From: Candidatus Multivoradales bacterium
GTDB taxonomy: Bacteria > Acidobacteriota > Thermoanaerobaculia > Multivoradales > JAHEKO01
Assembly (NCBI GenBank): GCA_965223155.1
Contig: CBDCVR010000013.1
Span: 1,056,001-1,120,000 of the forward strand
Direction of reading: 5' to 3'
Length of the DNA stretch: 64,000 nt
In this document: positions 16,926-26,328 of the stretch, piece after piece
How the letters are laid out: each line of letters begins with the position of its first letter
Numbering within the stretch: position 1 is the stretch's first letter
The notes under the pieces: generated by a model
What the model saw: only the letters and a program-made list of their open reading frames with translations
Told to the model about the DNA's origin: nothing
Database searches by the model: none
Made by a program: the position numbers and the translations under genes

Positions 16926-18320
16926 ATGACGACGCCAGGACTCGACCGATCCAGTCCCCCGAGCCCGGGAACGGCGCGCACCTTCTCGTTCCCACGGATC
17001 CTCGACCATCGGTTGACCTCGGGTGTTCGTGTCCTGGCGGTGCCCGCGCCCGAGGTGCCGATCGTGGACGTCCAGTTGCTGCTCCCGGCCGGCGGCGACC
17101 GCGCTCCAGCCGGATCGCCGGGCCTGCCAGCCCTGGCCGCGGGCCTCCTGGACGAGGGCACAACCGGCAAGGACTCGCAAGCGATCGCCGCGATCACCGA
17201 ACGGCTGGGCGGTTATCTGGGCAGCGGAGCGGATTGGGACGTCGCCTCGATCGAGGCCGAGGTCCTCGCCGAAGATTTCGAGGTCGCCCTCGGGCTCATC
17301 GCCGAGATCGGAACACGACCGGCCTTTGCCGAACGCGAGTTCGAGAGACTGCGCCGGCAATTCACCACCGAGATCCAACGCCAGCGGAGCCTTCCGGCGG
17401 TTCTGGCCTCGGAGGCGCTGATGGCGACCCTCTACCGAGGTACCGTCTACGCCGAGCCTCTACTCGGCTCGCCCGAGAGTCTGGCCGCTCTGGACCGCGA
17501 CGGAGTGCGCTCGTTCTATTCGCGCACCGCCTTACGGCGACCCCCCATCCTGGTGGTCTCCGGAGCGGTAGCTCCCGGCGAGGTCTTCGAGCTGGCCGAG
17601 CGTTTTTTCGCCGAGGGTCCCTGGGACTCGGCGGTGCCAGAGGACGGCCCCGAGCTTCCGATTCGCCCCCTCGACGGCCGCCAGGTCGTGGTGGTCGATC
17701 GGCCGGGGGCGCCACAGACGGAGATCCGCGTCGGACTCGTCGGCGTCCCGCGCAACCACCCTGACTACCCGGCGGTGGTCCTGGCCAGCACCCTCCTGGG
17801 CGGCAAGTTCACCAGCCGCCTGAACCTCAACCTGCGTGAGCGCCACGGCTTTACCTACGGGGTTCGGAGCCGTTGGACCAAACGGCGCGGCCCGGGGCCG
17901 TTCACAATCTCAACCGCGGTGGACAACGACAACGTCGGCGCCGCGGTGCGCGAGATCCTGGCCGAGGTGGAGCTGCTGGTTCGAGAGCCCCCGACCGAGG
18001 TCGAGCTCCGTGAGAGCCAAGACTATCTGATCGGCAGCTTCCCCTATTCGGTCGAAACGGTGCGCTCGATCGGCTCGCGCCTGCGCGAGCTGGCGGTGCA
18101 CGAGCTGCCGCTCGACACCTACGCCAACTGGGCCCAATCGCTCCGGAACCTGGAGCCCGATCGGATCCATCAAGTCGTGCGCGCCCTAATCGATCCCGAG
18201 CGGCTGTGCGTCGCCTGCGCGGGCCCGGCGGACCTCATCGCGGACTCGCTCGAGGGCGCGGCCGGCGCCGGCCCGCCACGGATCCTGGCAGCCGATACGC
18301 CCCCCGGCGACACCCCCTGA
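16926..18320 (+). CDS. M16 family peptidase, non-catalytic partner subunit
   Basis: M16 fold without HXXEH; C-terminal LGGKFTSRLNLNLRERHGFTYG (R/Y pair). Confidence 0.9.
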   Translation: MTTPGLDRSSPPSPGTARTFSFPRILDHRLTSGVRVLAVPAPEVPIVDVQLLLPAGGDRAPAGSPGLPALAAGLLDEGTTGKDSQAIAAITERLGGYLGSGADWDVASIEAEVLAEDFEVALGLIAEIGTRPAFAEREFERLRRQFTTEIQRQRSLPAVLASEALMATLYRGTVYAEPLLGSPESLAALDRDGVRSFYSRTALRRPPILVVSGAVAPGEVFELAERFFAEGPWDSAVPEDGPELPIRPLDGRQVVVVDRPGAPQTEIRVGLVGVPRNHPDYPAVVLASTLLGGKFTSRLNLNLRERHGFTYGVRSRWTKRRGPGPFTISTAVDNDNVGAAVREILAEVELLVREPPTEVELRESQDYLIGSFPYSVETVRSIGSRLRELAVHELPLDTYANWAQSLRNLEPDRIHQVVRALIDPERLCVACAGPADLIADSLEGAAGAGPPRILAADTPPGDTP

Positions 18321-18531
18321 CGGCGGGCCGGCGCGCGCGCGGCTATGGTACGCTCGCTGTCCCTGGTTTCCTGCGAAACCCGGGACAAGCAATCTCAGCT
18401 GGCGGCCGGTTTCGGGCGGCCCGTACCGCGAGGTCGACCCGTCATCCCGGCTGTTTTTTGCGCTGATGACGCCGAGAGTCGGCCGCACCTGCCGCCTCGG
18501 CTCGACTCTCAACGGTTGGAGGATGGATTCG

Positions 18532-20610
18532 ATGCAGGTTGAAGGCCCAGCCCAGATCCGGAACCTGGCGATCGCCGGCCATAGCGATACTGGCAAGACC
18601 ACACTGGTGAGCTCGCTGCTGTACGCGGGCGGCGTCTCGACCCGGCTCAACACGGTCGAGGACGGCAATACCGTCACCGATTTCGACTCGCAGGAAATCC
18701 AGCGCAAGATCTCGATCGGCCTGGCCCCCTGCTTCGTGCCGTGGAAGAAACACAAGGTCAACCTCATCGACGCGCCCGGCTACGCCATCTTCTTCCCGGA
18801 GACTCAGGCGGCGATTCGCGCGGCCGACGCCGTCGTGCTGTGCGTCAGCGCGGCCTCGGGCATCGAGGTCATCACCGAGAGAGTCTGGGAGTTCGCCCAG
18901 GAGCTGGAGATCCCCGTAATGTTCCATCTGACCAAGATGGACCGCGAACGCGCCGACCTGGAGGCGCTACTCGAGGCGCTGCGCGAGCGCTTTCATCGCA
19001 ACGTCGTTCCAGTCCAGCTCCCCATCGGCCGCGAGGAGTCGTTCCTCGGGCTGGTAGATCTGGTGGCCGAGAAGGCCTATGAATACAAGTCCGACGGCCG
19101 GGGCCGGGGCAAGGAGATCGACATCCCCAAAGACCTCTCGGACTACGTGGAGCCGTTCCGAACGGCTCTCGTCGAGGCCGTGGCCGAAAGTGACGACGCC
19201 CTGCTCGAGAAGTTCTTCGAGGACGGTCTCTCGGGTGAGGAGCTGACCCAGGGCCTGCGCCGCGCGGTCGTGGGCCGTGACGTCTTCCCGCTGACCATGA
19301 GCTCGGCGCTCCACGGTATCGGCCCGTCGGCTCTTCTCGATGACGTCCTGGGCGTCATGCCGACCCCGCTCGACCGCAAGACCTTTCCCGCCACCAACGT
19401 GGGCGACGAGCCCGTCGAAGTCGAGACCAGCGCCGAGGGAGACGCCGCTGCCCTGGTTTTCAAGACCCTGAGCGATCCCTTTACCGGCAAGATCTCGATC
19501 TTCCGGGTCGTGCGCGGGACGGTCACTCCGGACCTACCCCTCTGGAATACCCAGCACGAGGCCGACGAGAAGCTGGCGCACTTGATGGTCCTCCAGGGCA
19601 AGCAAGGGAGCGAGGTCCCGCGCCTGGTGACCGGGGACATCGGCGGCGTGGCCAAGCTCAAACACACTCAGACCGGAGACACCTTGTGCCTCAAGGACCG
19701 TCCCATCAAGCTGGGGTGGATCGAGGGCGCGCAAGCGGCGATCGCCTTCGCCATCGAGCCCAAGTCCAAGGGCGACGAGGACAAGATCAGCGATGCCCTT
19801 CTGCGGCTCACCGAAGAGGATCCCACCCTGCACTCGCACCGCGACGCCGAGACCGGCGAGTATCTGCTATCCGGCACCGGCCAGCTCCACGTCGAGATCG
19901 CGGTCCAGAAGCTCAAGGACCGGTTCAAGGTCGAGGTCATCCTGCACCCGCCCAAGGTGCCCTACCGCGAGACGGTTCGCAAGACGGCGCGCGGTCACGG
20001 CCGGCACAAGAAGCAGAGCGGCGGCCGCGGCCAGTTCGCCGATTGCCGAATCACCATGGAGCCCCTCGAGCGTGGCGGCGAGTTCGAGTTCGTGGACGAG
20101 ATCTTCGGCGGCTCCATCCCTCAGGGCTACCGCCCCGCGGTGGAAAAGGGCATCCGCGAAGCCTCGGCACGCGGCTTCCTAGCCGGCTACCCGGTGGTCG
20201 ATTTCCGCATCCGTCTGCAGGACGGCCAGTATCACGACGTCGACTCCTCCGAGATGGCCTTCAAGATCGCCGGCTCGCTTGCGTTCAAGGACGCCATGGA
20301 CCAAGCCGGAGCGTTCATGCTCGAACCGGTCATGCAGGTCGAGATCCATACCAGTGAAGAGTTCATGGGCGACGTCATGGGCGATCTCTCGCAGCGGCGT
20401 GGCCGCCCCCAGGGCATGGATTCCAAGGACGGAGTCCAGGTCGTTAAGGCCCTCGTGCCGATGGCCGAGATGCTCAACTACGCGCCCGCCCTCGAAGCCA
20501 TGACCCAGGGACGGTCCAGCTTCACGATGGCGTTCTCGCACTACGATGAGGTGCCGAGAAACGTCCAGGAAAAGCTGGTCGCCGAAGCCGCGAAGGCCAA
20601 GGAAGCCTAG
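18532..20610 (+). CDS. Elongation factor G-like protein (EF-G2)
   Basis: [51 protein letters not shown] at 18518-18522. Confidence 0.93.
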   Translation: MQVEGPAQIRNLAIAGHSDTGKTTLVSSLLYAGGVSTRLNTVEDGNTVTDFDSQEIQRKISIGLAPCFVPWKKHKVNLIDAPGYAIFFPETQAAIRAADAVVLCVSAASGIEVITERVWEFAQELEIPVMFHLTKMDRERADLEALLEALRERFHRNVVPVQLPIGREESFLGLVDLVAEKAYEYKSDGRGRGKEIDIPKDLSDYVEPFRTALVEAVAESDDALLEKFFEDGLSGEELTQGLRRAVVGRDVFPLTMSSALHGIGPSALLDDVLGVMPTPLDRKTFPATNVGDEPVEVETSAEGDAAALVFKTLSDPFTGKISIFRVVRGTVTPDLPLWNTQHEADEKLAHLMVLQGKQGSEVPRLVTGDIGGVAKLKHTQTGDTLCLKDRPIKLGWIEGAQAAIAFAIEPKSKGDEDKISDALLRLTEEDPTLHSHRDAETGEYLLSGTGQLHVEIAVQKLKDRFKVEVILHPPKVPYRETVRKTARGHGRHKKQSGGRGQFADCRITMEPLERGGEFEFVDEIFGGSIPQGYRPAVEKGIREASARGFLAGYPVVDFRIRLQDGQYHDVDSSEMAFKIAGSLAFKDAMDQAGAFMLEPVMQVEIHTSEEFMGDVMGDLSQRRGRPQGMDSKDGVQVVKALVPMAEMLNYAPALEAMTQGRSSFTMAFSHYDEVPRNVQEKLVAEAAKAKEA

Positions 20611-20656
20611 CGGCCACCGGTCTTGACCTCGACCACCGACTGCTAGGGAGTCCCTC

Positions 20657-21358
20657 CTGCCCGACCAGATCGTCCAGGGTCTCGTCTACTACGTCGTCTT
20701 CGTCTTCGCGGCCACCTTCCACGAGGCCGCACACGCCTGGGCCGCCAAGCTGGGCGGCGACCTGACCGCCTACCACGGCGGACAGGTCTCCCTGGATCCT
20801 CTGCCCCACATCCGGCGGGAGCCCTTCGGCATGGTCGTGCTGCCGCTCTTGACCGTCTTTCTGACCGGCTGGCCCTTCGGCTACGCCAGCGCCCCCTACA
20901 ATCCAGCCTGGGCCCGGCGGCACCCACAACGGGCCGCCCTGATGTCGCTGGCGGGACCGGGGGCCAACCTGCTGCTGATCCTGGGTGCCGCGCTGGCGAT
21001 CCGGATCGGCATGGGCCTCGGCAGCCTGAAGACACCCGCTCAGGTGTCGTTTGCCCAGGTTGCGGCGCCGGCCGCGGGCGGATGGCCCGAAGCCGTCACC
21101 CTGGTGCTGAGCGTCGTCTTCTCGCTCAATCTGGTGCTGATGCTCCTGAACCTCATTCCGGTGCCGCCTCTCGACGGCTACGGCGCGTTACCGCTCATCC
21201 TCCCGGCCGGTCTGCGAAATGCGTACGAATCCCTCCAGCGCCAGCCCATGATCGGATGGATCGGCATCCTGGTGGCCTGGCGTCTCTTCGACGCGCTCTA
21301 CCACCCGGTGTTTCTGTTCGCGGTGAACCTTCTCTACCCCGAAGCGCGCTACGGGTAG
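20657..21358 (+). CDS. Site-2 protease family (peptidase M50) membrane protein, probable CTG start
   Basis: In-frame HEAAH upstream of the first ATG (20831), plus AGPGAN and NLIPVPPLDG. In-frame TGA at 20624. AGGGAG lies 6 nt before CTG at 20657. Confidence 0.85.
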   Translation: MPDQIVQGLVYYVVFVFAATFHEAAHAWAAKLGGDLTAYHGGQVSLDPLPHIRREPFGMVVLPLLTVFLTGWPFGYASAPYNPAWARRHPQRAALMSLAGPGANLLLILGAALAIRIGMGLGSLKTPAQVSFAQVAAPAAGGWPEAVTLVLSVVFSLNLVLMLLNLIPVPPLDGYGALPLILPAGLRNAYESLQRQPMIGWIGILVAWRLFDALYHPVFLFAVNLLYPEARYG

Positions 21359-21363
21359 GTAGT

Positions 21364-21384
21364 CCCGCCCGGCATCCTGGCGGG
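21364..21384 (+). terminator. GC-rich hairpin just after the M50 gene stop
   Basis: cccgcc-cggcatcct-ggcggg; no U-tract. Confidence 0.3.
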
Positions 21385-21394
21385 CATGCGACCT

Positions 21395-21450
21395 CCTCAC
21401 GGGTCGGTCCTCATGGGTCGGTCCCCATGGATCTTTCTCCACGGGTCTCG
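21395..21450. repeat. Four tandem 14-bp degenerate direct repeats
   Basis: cctcacgggtcggt / cctcatgggtcggt / ccccatggatcttt / ctccacgggtctcg. Confidence 0.75.
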
Positions 21451-21454
21451 ACGC

Positions 21455-22252
21455 CACCGAGGCTGCCTAGCCCGAGCACCAGGCGTTGCGCCGGCCGGCG
21501 CCCCACCGGGGCTCGCGGCAAGCGCACAGAGCAAGCTAGGCAGTCCGAGACGGTACGTCGCGCAGCCGCGCGTAGGGCCGCGCCGAACGCTTCGAAGGCC
21601 CAATCGCGCAGCCCGTCCCCTGGGGTGCCAGCAGGCGCACGCCTGGCGAGACCGAGTACCTTGCCAAGGCCGAGTAAGCACCAAGGCGTTGCACCAGTGG
21701 GCCCTACGGGGGCTCGCGGCAAGCGCACAGAGCAAGCTAGGCAGTCCGAGACGGTATGTCGCGCAGCCGCGTGCAGGGCCGCGCCGAACGCTTCGAAGGC
21801 CCAATCGCGCGGCCCGTCCCCTGGGGCGCCAGCAGGCGCACGCCTGGCGGAGACCGAGTACCTTGCCCAGCCCGCGCGAGCACCGAAGCGTTCCGCCAGT
21901 GGCGCCCCACGGGGGCTCGCGGCAAGCGCAGAGAGCAAGCTGGGCAGTCCGAGACGGCGCGGCGCGCAGCCGCGTGCAGGGCCGCGCCGAACCCTTCGAA
22001 GGCCCAATCGCGCGGCCCGTCCCCTGGGATGCTACCGGCGCACCCCTGCGACGCCGAGTACCTTGCCAAGGCCGAGTATGCACCAAGGCGTCGCGCCGGC
22101 TGGCGCCCCACGGGGGCTCGCGGCAAGCGCACAGAGCAAGCTAGGCAGTCCGAGACGGCGCGGCGCACAGCCGCGTGCAGGGCCGCGCCGAACGCTTCGA
22201 ACGCCCAATCGCGCGGCCCGTCCCCTGGGGCGCCAGCAGGCGCACGCCCAGC
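21455..22252. repeat. Tandem array of four ~202-bp units, each with a ~133-nt imperfect palindromic core
   Basis: Anchor gctcgcggcaagcgca recurs at 21511, 21712, 21915 and 22116 (periods 201/203/201). Cores are bounded by GGCGCCCCA...TGGGGCGCC. Confidence 0.95.
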
Positions 22253-22310
22253 GAGGGAAAATCAGTCCGTCAAGAACAAGCCGACAAGGCGGCCGATCTT
22301 CGCAGGCTCT

Positions 22311-22673
22311 CTAGTCTTCGCGCTCGACCCACTCGAGGAGCGCCATCTCGGCGCCGTCGCCCTTGCGCGGGCCCAGCTTGACGATTCGCGTGTAGCCACC
22401 TTGCCGGTCGGAGAATCGCGGCGCGATCTCGTCGAAGAGCTTCTTCACCCGGCTTCGATCCGCAAGCCATCGCCGCACCTGACGGCGGGCGTGGATTGAG
22501 TCCTTCTTGCCGTGGGTGACCATCTTCTCGGCGATCGGCCGCAGCTCCTTGGCCTTGGCGAGAGTCGTGGTGATCCGCTCGTGATCCACCAGGGACGCCA
22601 GCTGGTTGCGAAACATCGCGATCCGGTGCGAGCTGGTGCGGCCTAGCTTGCGGCCGTGTACGTTGTGTCTCAT
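22311..22673 (-). CDS. rplQ: 50S ribosomal protein L17
   Basis: [17 protein letters not shown]; [10 protein letters not shown]; synteny. Confidence 0.98.
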   Translation of the reverse strand: MRHNVHGRKLGRTSSHRIAMFRNQLASLVDHERITTTLAKAKELRPIAEKMVTHGKKDSIHARRQVRRWLADRSRVKKLFDEIAPRFSDRQGGYTRIVKLGPRKGDGAEMALLEWVERED

Positions 22674-22709
22674 CTGCGGTCTCCTTGGGGCAACGGCGCG
22701 GCGGCGGCC

Positions 22710-23687
22710 CTAAGCCGAGGCCGCGCCGTTCTCGAGATCCATGTCGAAGGCTAGGCCGTAGCTGGCCATGAGCTCCTGGACCTCATCCAGCGACTTCTTG
22801 CCGAAGTTCTTGGTCTCCATCATCTCGCGCTCAGATTTCATCACCAGGTCGCGGAGCGTCATGATGTTGGCGTTCTTGAGGCAGTTGGTCGAGCGCACCG
22901 AAAGATCCAGCTCGTCGATGCGCTTCGAGAGGATCGCGTCCAGAGCGCTGTCGGCGGTCCGCTCGGCGGGCTCTTCCTCGACCACCAGGCTGTCCTCGGA
23001 GTCGATGAAGATCGTCAGGTGCCTTGAGAGGAGATCGGCGGCCTGCGAGATCGCGTCCTCGGGCGCCAATGTGCCGTTGGTCCAAACGTTCAGCTGCAGC
23101 TTCTCGTAGTCGGTGGCCCGCCCCACGCGTGCCGGCTCGGTTCGGTAGTTGACCCGGCGCACCGGACTGTGAATCGAATCGACCGGAATCCAGCCGATGC
23201 CCAAGGCCTCGTCGAAGTTCTGCTCCGCGGAAACGTAGCCACGACCGCTCCGGACCTGGGCCTCGAGCTTGAGCGAGCCGTTCTCGTTGAGGGTCGCGAT
23301 CACCGCCTCGGGATTGCAAATCTCGACGTTGGGGTCGGTATTGAAGAGATCGGCCGTCACCTCGCCGGGGCCAACCGCGTCGAGCGTGATGACCCGAGGC
23401 TCGTCGCCGTGCAGGCGAAACGGGATCTCTTTCAGGTTGAGGATGATGTCGGTGACGTCTTCGACCACGCCGGCAATGGCGGCGAACTCATGCAGAACGC
23501 CCTCGATCCGAATCGCCGTCACCGCGGCGCCTTCGATCGAAGACAGCAGGCAGCGGCGCAGAGCGTTGCCGACCGTCACCGCGAAGCCCCGTTCGAAGGG
23601 CTGCGCCGAGAACTGTCCGTAGGTCGGGGTCAGAGTGTCGTGCTCGGCCTCGAGTCGCTTCGGCCGTTGAAATCCAAGTAGTTCCAT
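22710..23687 (-). CDS. rpoA: RNA polymerase alpha subunit
   Basis: PFERGFAVTVGNALRRCLLSS; LSVRSTNCL; NFGKKSL. Confidence 0.99.
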   Translation of the reverse strand: MELLGFQRPKRLEAEHDTLTPTYGQFSAQPFERGFAVTVGNALRRCLLSSIEGAAVTAIRIEGVLHEFAAIAGVVEDVTDIILNLKEIPFRLHGDEPRVITLDAVGPGEVTADLFNTDPNVEICNPEAVIATLNENGSLKLEAQVRSGRGYVSAEQNFDEALGIGWIPVDSIHSPVRRVNYRTEPARVGRATDYEKLQLNVWTNGTLAPEDAISQAADLLSRHLTIFIDSEDSLVVEEEPAERTADSALDAILSKRIDELDLSVRSTNCLKNANIMTLRDLVMKSEREMMETKNFGKKSLDEVQELMASYGLAFDMDLENGAASA

Positions 23688-23738
23688 ATTCCGCTCCTTG
23701 TGGTGCTCGACCCGGTCGGGGACCGGGGATAGAGAGTC

Positions 23739-24368
23739 TTATCGGCTATACAGCTCGACGATCAACTGCTCTTCGATGGGCAGCTTGATCTCGTCCCGCG
23801 TCGGCAAGGCGGCGACCTTGCCGGCAAACTGATCGGGATCCATCTCCAGCCAGGTCGGAATCCCGCGTCCGCGCGCGGTCTCGACGCTGGCTCGAATGAA
23901 GTCGTTCTTCCGGCTGCCCTCGCGAATCGCGATGGCGTCGTCCACCTTCACCTGGAAGGACGGGATCGTATTCTTGCGGCCGTTGACCTCGACGTGGCCA
24001 TGCCGGACCAGTTGCCGCGCCTGCGCCCGCGAAGAGGCAAAACCCAGGCTGTAGACGACATTGTCCAGCCGGCGCTCCAGGATCTGGAGCAGGTTCTCAC
24101 CGGTGATGCCCTTACGGCGCTCAGCCTCGGCGAAGTAGCCGCGAAACTGCTTTTCGAGCACGCCGTAGATGCGCTTCACCTTCTGTTTCTCGCGCAACTG
24201 AATGCCGTAGCCCATGGCTCGCCGGCCACGACGCTGGCCGTGCTGCCCCGGCGGGTAGCCGCGGCGCTCGATCGCGCATTTTTCCTTGAAGCAGCGGTCG
24301 CCCTTCAAGAAGAGCTTCATCCGCTCACGCCGGCAAAGCCGGCAAACTGGTCCCGAATATCGTGCCAC
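23739..24368 (-). CDS. rpsD: 30S ribosomal protein S4
   Basis: [15 protein letters not shown]; QLREKQK; LIVELYSR. Confidence 0.99.
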   Translation of the reverse strand: MARYSGPVCRLCRRERMKLFLKGDRCFKEKCAIERRGYPPGQHGQRRGRRAMGYGIQLREKQKVKRIYGVLEKQFRGYFAEAERRKGITGENLLQILERRLDNVVYSLGFASSRAQARQLVRHGHVEVNGRKNTIPSFQVKVDDAIAIREGSRKNDFIRASVETARGRGIPTWLEMDPDQFAGKVAALPTRDEIKLPIEEQLIVELYSR

Positions 24369-24402
24369 TGGATGTCTCCTTCAGTCCTTCAGGCCAACCG
24401 CG

Positions 24403-24801
24403 TCAAACCCGCCGCCGCTTGGGAGGCCGGCAGCCGTTGTGAGGGATCGGGGTCACGTCGCGAATGGACTTCACGGTCAGCCCGGCCGCGGACAGCGCCC
24501 GGATAGCCGATTCCCGGCCGGCGCCCGGACCGTTGACCTCGACATCGACGGTGCGCAGCCCGAAGTCGCGCGCCTGCTCGCCGGCATTCTTGCCCGCCAC
24601 CTGGGCCGCGAACGGGGTGCCCTTGCGGGAGCCCTTGAAGCCGATGCGCCCGGCCGAAGACCAGGTCAGCACGTTTCCGTCCGGATCCGAGATCGTCACG
24701 ATGGTGTTGTTGAAGGTCGCCTGGATATGGACGACGCCATGCGGCACGACGCGCTTCTCCTTGCGCCTGCGCTCCTTGCCGCCTGATTTGCCTTTCGCCA
24801 T
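24403..24801 (-). CDS. rpsK: 30S ribosomal protein S11
   Basis: [11 protein letters not shown]; [18 protein letters not shown]. Confidence 0.99.
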   Translation of the reverse strand: MAKGKSGGKERRRKEKRVVPHGVVHIQATFNNTIVTISDPDGNVLTWSSAGRIGFKGSRKGTPFAAQVAGKNAGEQARDFGLRTVDVEVNGPGAGRESAIRALSAAGLTVKSIRDVTPIPHNGCRPPKRRRV

Positions 24802-24817
24802 TGCCTTTGCTCCCTAC

Positions 24818-25198
24818 CTACTTCTTGACTTTCTTCTTGCCTGCAACCGCCGCGCGCCGGGGTCCCTTGCGGGTGCGAGCGTTGGTGCTGGTGCGTTGGC
24901 CGCGGGTCGGCAGGCCGCGGCGGTGCCGCATGCCCCGGTACGAGCCGATCTCGATCAGGCGCTTGATGTTCTGGGTAACTTCCTTGCGGAGATCGCCCTC
25001 GACCCGGCCTTCGTCCTGAACGATCTCGCGGATCTTGCGCGCGTCGTCCTCGGTCAGGTCCTTGACCTTGACGGTCTCGTCGACGCCGGCCTGAGCCAGA
25101 ATCTCCTTCGACCGCGTGCGGCCGATGCCGTGTACGTACGTCAGGCCGACCCAGACTTGCTTCGCCGGCGGCAGATCGATTCCTGCAATTCTCGCCAT
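24818..25198 (-). CDS. rpsM: 30S ribosomal protein S13
   Basis: [10 protein letters not shown]; [18 protein letters not shown]. Confidence 0.99.
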   Translation of the reverse strand: MARIAGIDLPPAKQVWVGLTYVHGIGRTRSKEILAQAGVDETVKVKDLTEDDARKIREIVQDEGRVEGDLRKEVTQNIKRLIEIGSYRGMRHRRGLPTRGQRTSTNARTRKGPRRAAVAGKKKVKK

Positions 25199-25204
25199 GG
25201 TCCC

Positions 25205-25318
25205 TTACCCCTGCCTCTGCTTGTGCTTTGGGTTCTCGCAGATCACCCGCACGACGCCTCGCCGGCGGACGATCTTGCACTTCGAACACATCTTCTTTAC
25301 CGAAGCTCGTACCTTCAT
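25205..25318 (-). CDS. rpmJ: 50S ribosomal protein L36 (Zn-binding type)
   Basis: [37 protein letters not shown]. Confidence 0.98.
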   Translation of the reverse strand: MKVRASVKKMCSKCKIVRRRGVVRVICENPKHKQRQG

Positions 25319-25334
25319 CTCACGTTCCTCGCCG

Positions 25335-25553
25335 CTAGCGGAGTCGATAGGTGATGCGGCCCCGATCCAGATCGTACGGGGACAGCTCCACACGCACCCG
25401 GTCTCCCGGCAGGATCCGGATGAAGTGCTTGCGCATCTTTCCGGAGACGTGAGCCAGGACCTTGTGCCCGTTCTCGAGCTCGACCCGGAACATCGCGTTC
25501 GGGAGCGGCTCGACGACCGTCGCTTCAACTTCTATCGCTTCTTCTTTTGCCAA
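25335..25553 (-). CDS. infA: Translation initiation factor IF-1
   Basis: [35 protein letters not shown]; TTG start. Confidence 0.99.
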   Translation of the reverse strand: MAKEEAIEVEATVVEPLPNAMFRVELENGHKVLAHVSGKMRKHFIRILPGDRVRVELSPYDLDRGRITYRLR

Positions 25554-25572
25554 GACTTCTACCTCGCGGCGC

Positions 25573-26328
25573 TCAGGCCGCCTCTGCCAAGGTGCCCAAA
25601 ATCCGGGCTCCTCTCTCGGTGATCGCCACCGAGTATTCGAAATGTGCGGACAGCGAACCGTCCTTGGTGCGGGCCGTCCAGCCGTCGGCGTCTACCTTGA
25701 CCTCCGGACCGCCGACGTTGACCATCGGCTCGATCGCCAGGACCAGTCCAGGCTTGAGCCGGGGCCCGCGGCCCGGCGCTCCGAAGTTCGGCACTTGCGG
25801 CTCCTCGTGGAGCGCGGTGCCGATGCCGTGGCCGACGAATTCCTTGACCACGGAGAAGCCGGCCTCGCGCACCTTGGTCTCGACCGCCGAACCGATGTCC
25901 GACAGGTGTCCGCCCGGCGTGATCGCGGCGACCGCTGCGGCCAACGAGTCCCGCGTGGTCCGCAAGAGCCGGCCGGCCTCGGCGTTCACCGCTCCCACCT
26001 CGAAGGTGCGCGCGGCATCGCCATAGTAGCCCTTGTACAGGACACCGCAATCGATGCCCACGATGTCTCCGTCGGCCAGCGGCGTGTCGTTGGGGATGCC
26101 GTGCACAATGACGTCGTTGACCGACGTGCACAGGGTCGCCGGGTAACCTCGGTAGTTCAGGAAGGCCGGTACGCCACCCTCCGAGCGAATGTGCGCCTCG
26201 GCCAGCCCGTCCAGATGCCGAGTCGTCACTCCGGGAGCCACCTCGGCCGCCATCATGTCGAGCACCTGATGCACGATCCGGTTGGCCCGGTCCATGAGCT
26301 CGATCTCGCCTGCCGTCTTGTACACCAT
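25573..26328 (-). CDS. map: Methionine aminopeptidase type I
   Basis: [13 protein letters not shown]; GHGIG; AIEPM; SAHFE. Confidence 0.98.
   Translation of the reverse strand: MVYKTAGEIELMDRANRIVHQVLDMMAAEVAPGVTTRHLDGLAEAHIRSEGGVPAFLNYRGYPATLCTSVNDVIVHGIPNDTPLADGDIVGIDCGVLYKGYYGDAARTFEVGAVNAEAGRLLRTTRDSLAAAVAAITPGGHLSDIGSAVETKVREAGFSVVKEFVGHGIGTALHEEPQVPNFGAPGRGPRLKPGLVLAIEPMVNVGGPEVKVDADGWTARTKDGSLSAHFEYSVAITERGARILGTLAEAA

Noticed and set aside
18350-18460. Known riboswitch, SRP or 6S RNA upstream of EF-G2
   Set aside because: I could not match the consensus motifs of c-di-GMP-I, SRP or other common families by eye. It is kept only as an unclassified structured leader.
21455-22252. CRISPR array interpretation of the repeat region
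   Set aside because: The conserved parts are ~133 nt, the linkers are homologous to each other rather than unique spacers, and there are no cas genes in the window.
21082-22499. Long ORFs over the repeat array (410, 252, 247, 229 and 198 aa)
   Set aside because: The 203-bp period shifts the frame between units 2 and 3. Several frames on both strands are open because of high GC, the products are low-complexity R/A/P/G, and no RBS is evident.
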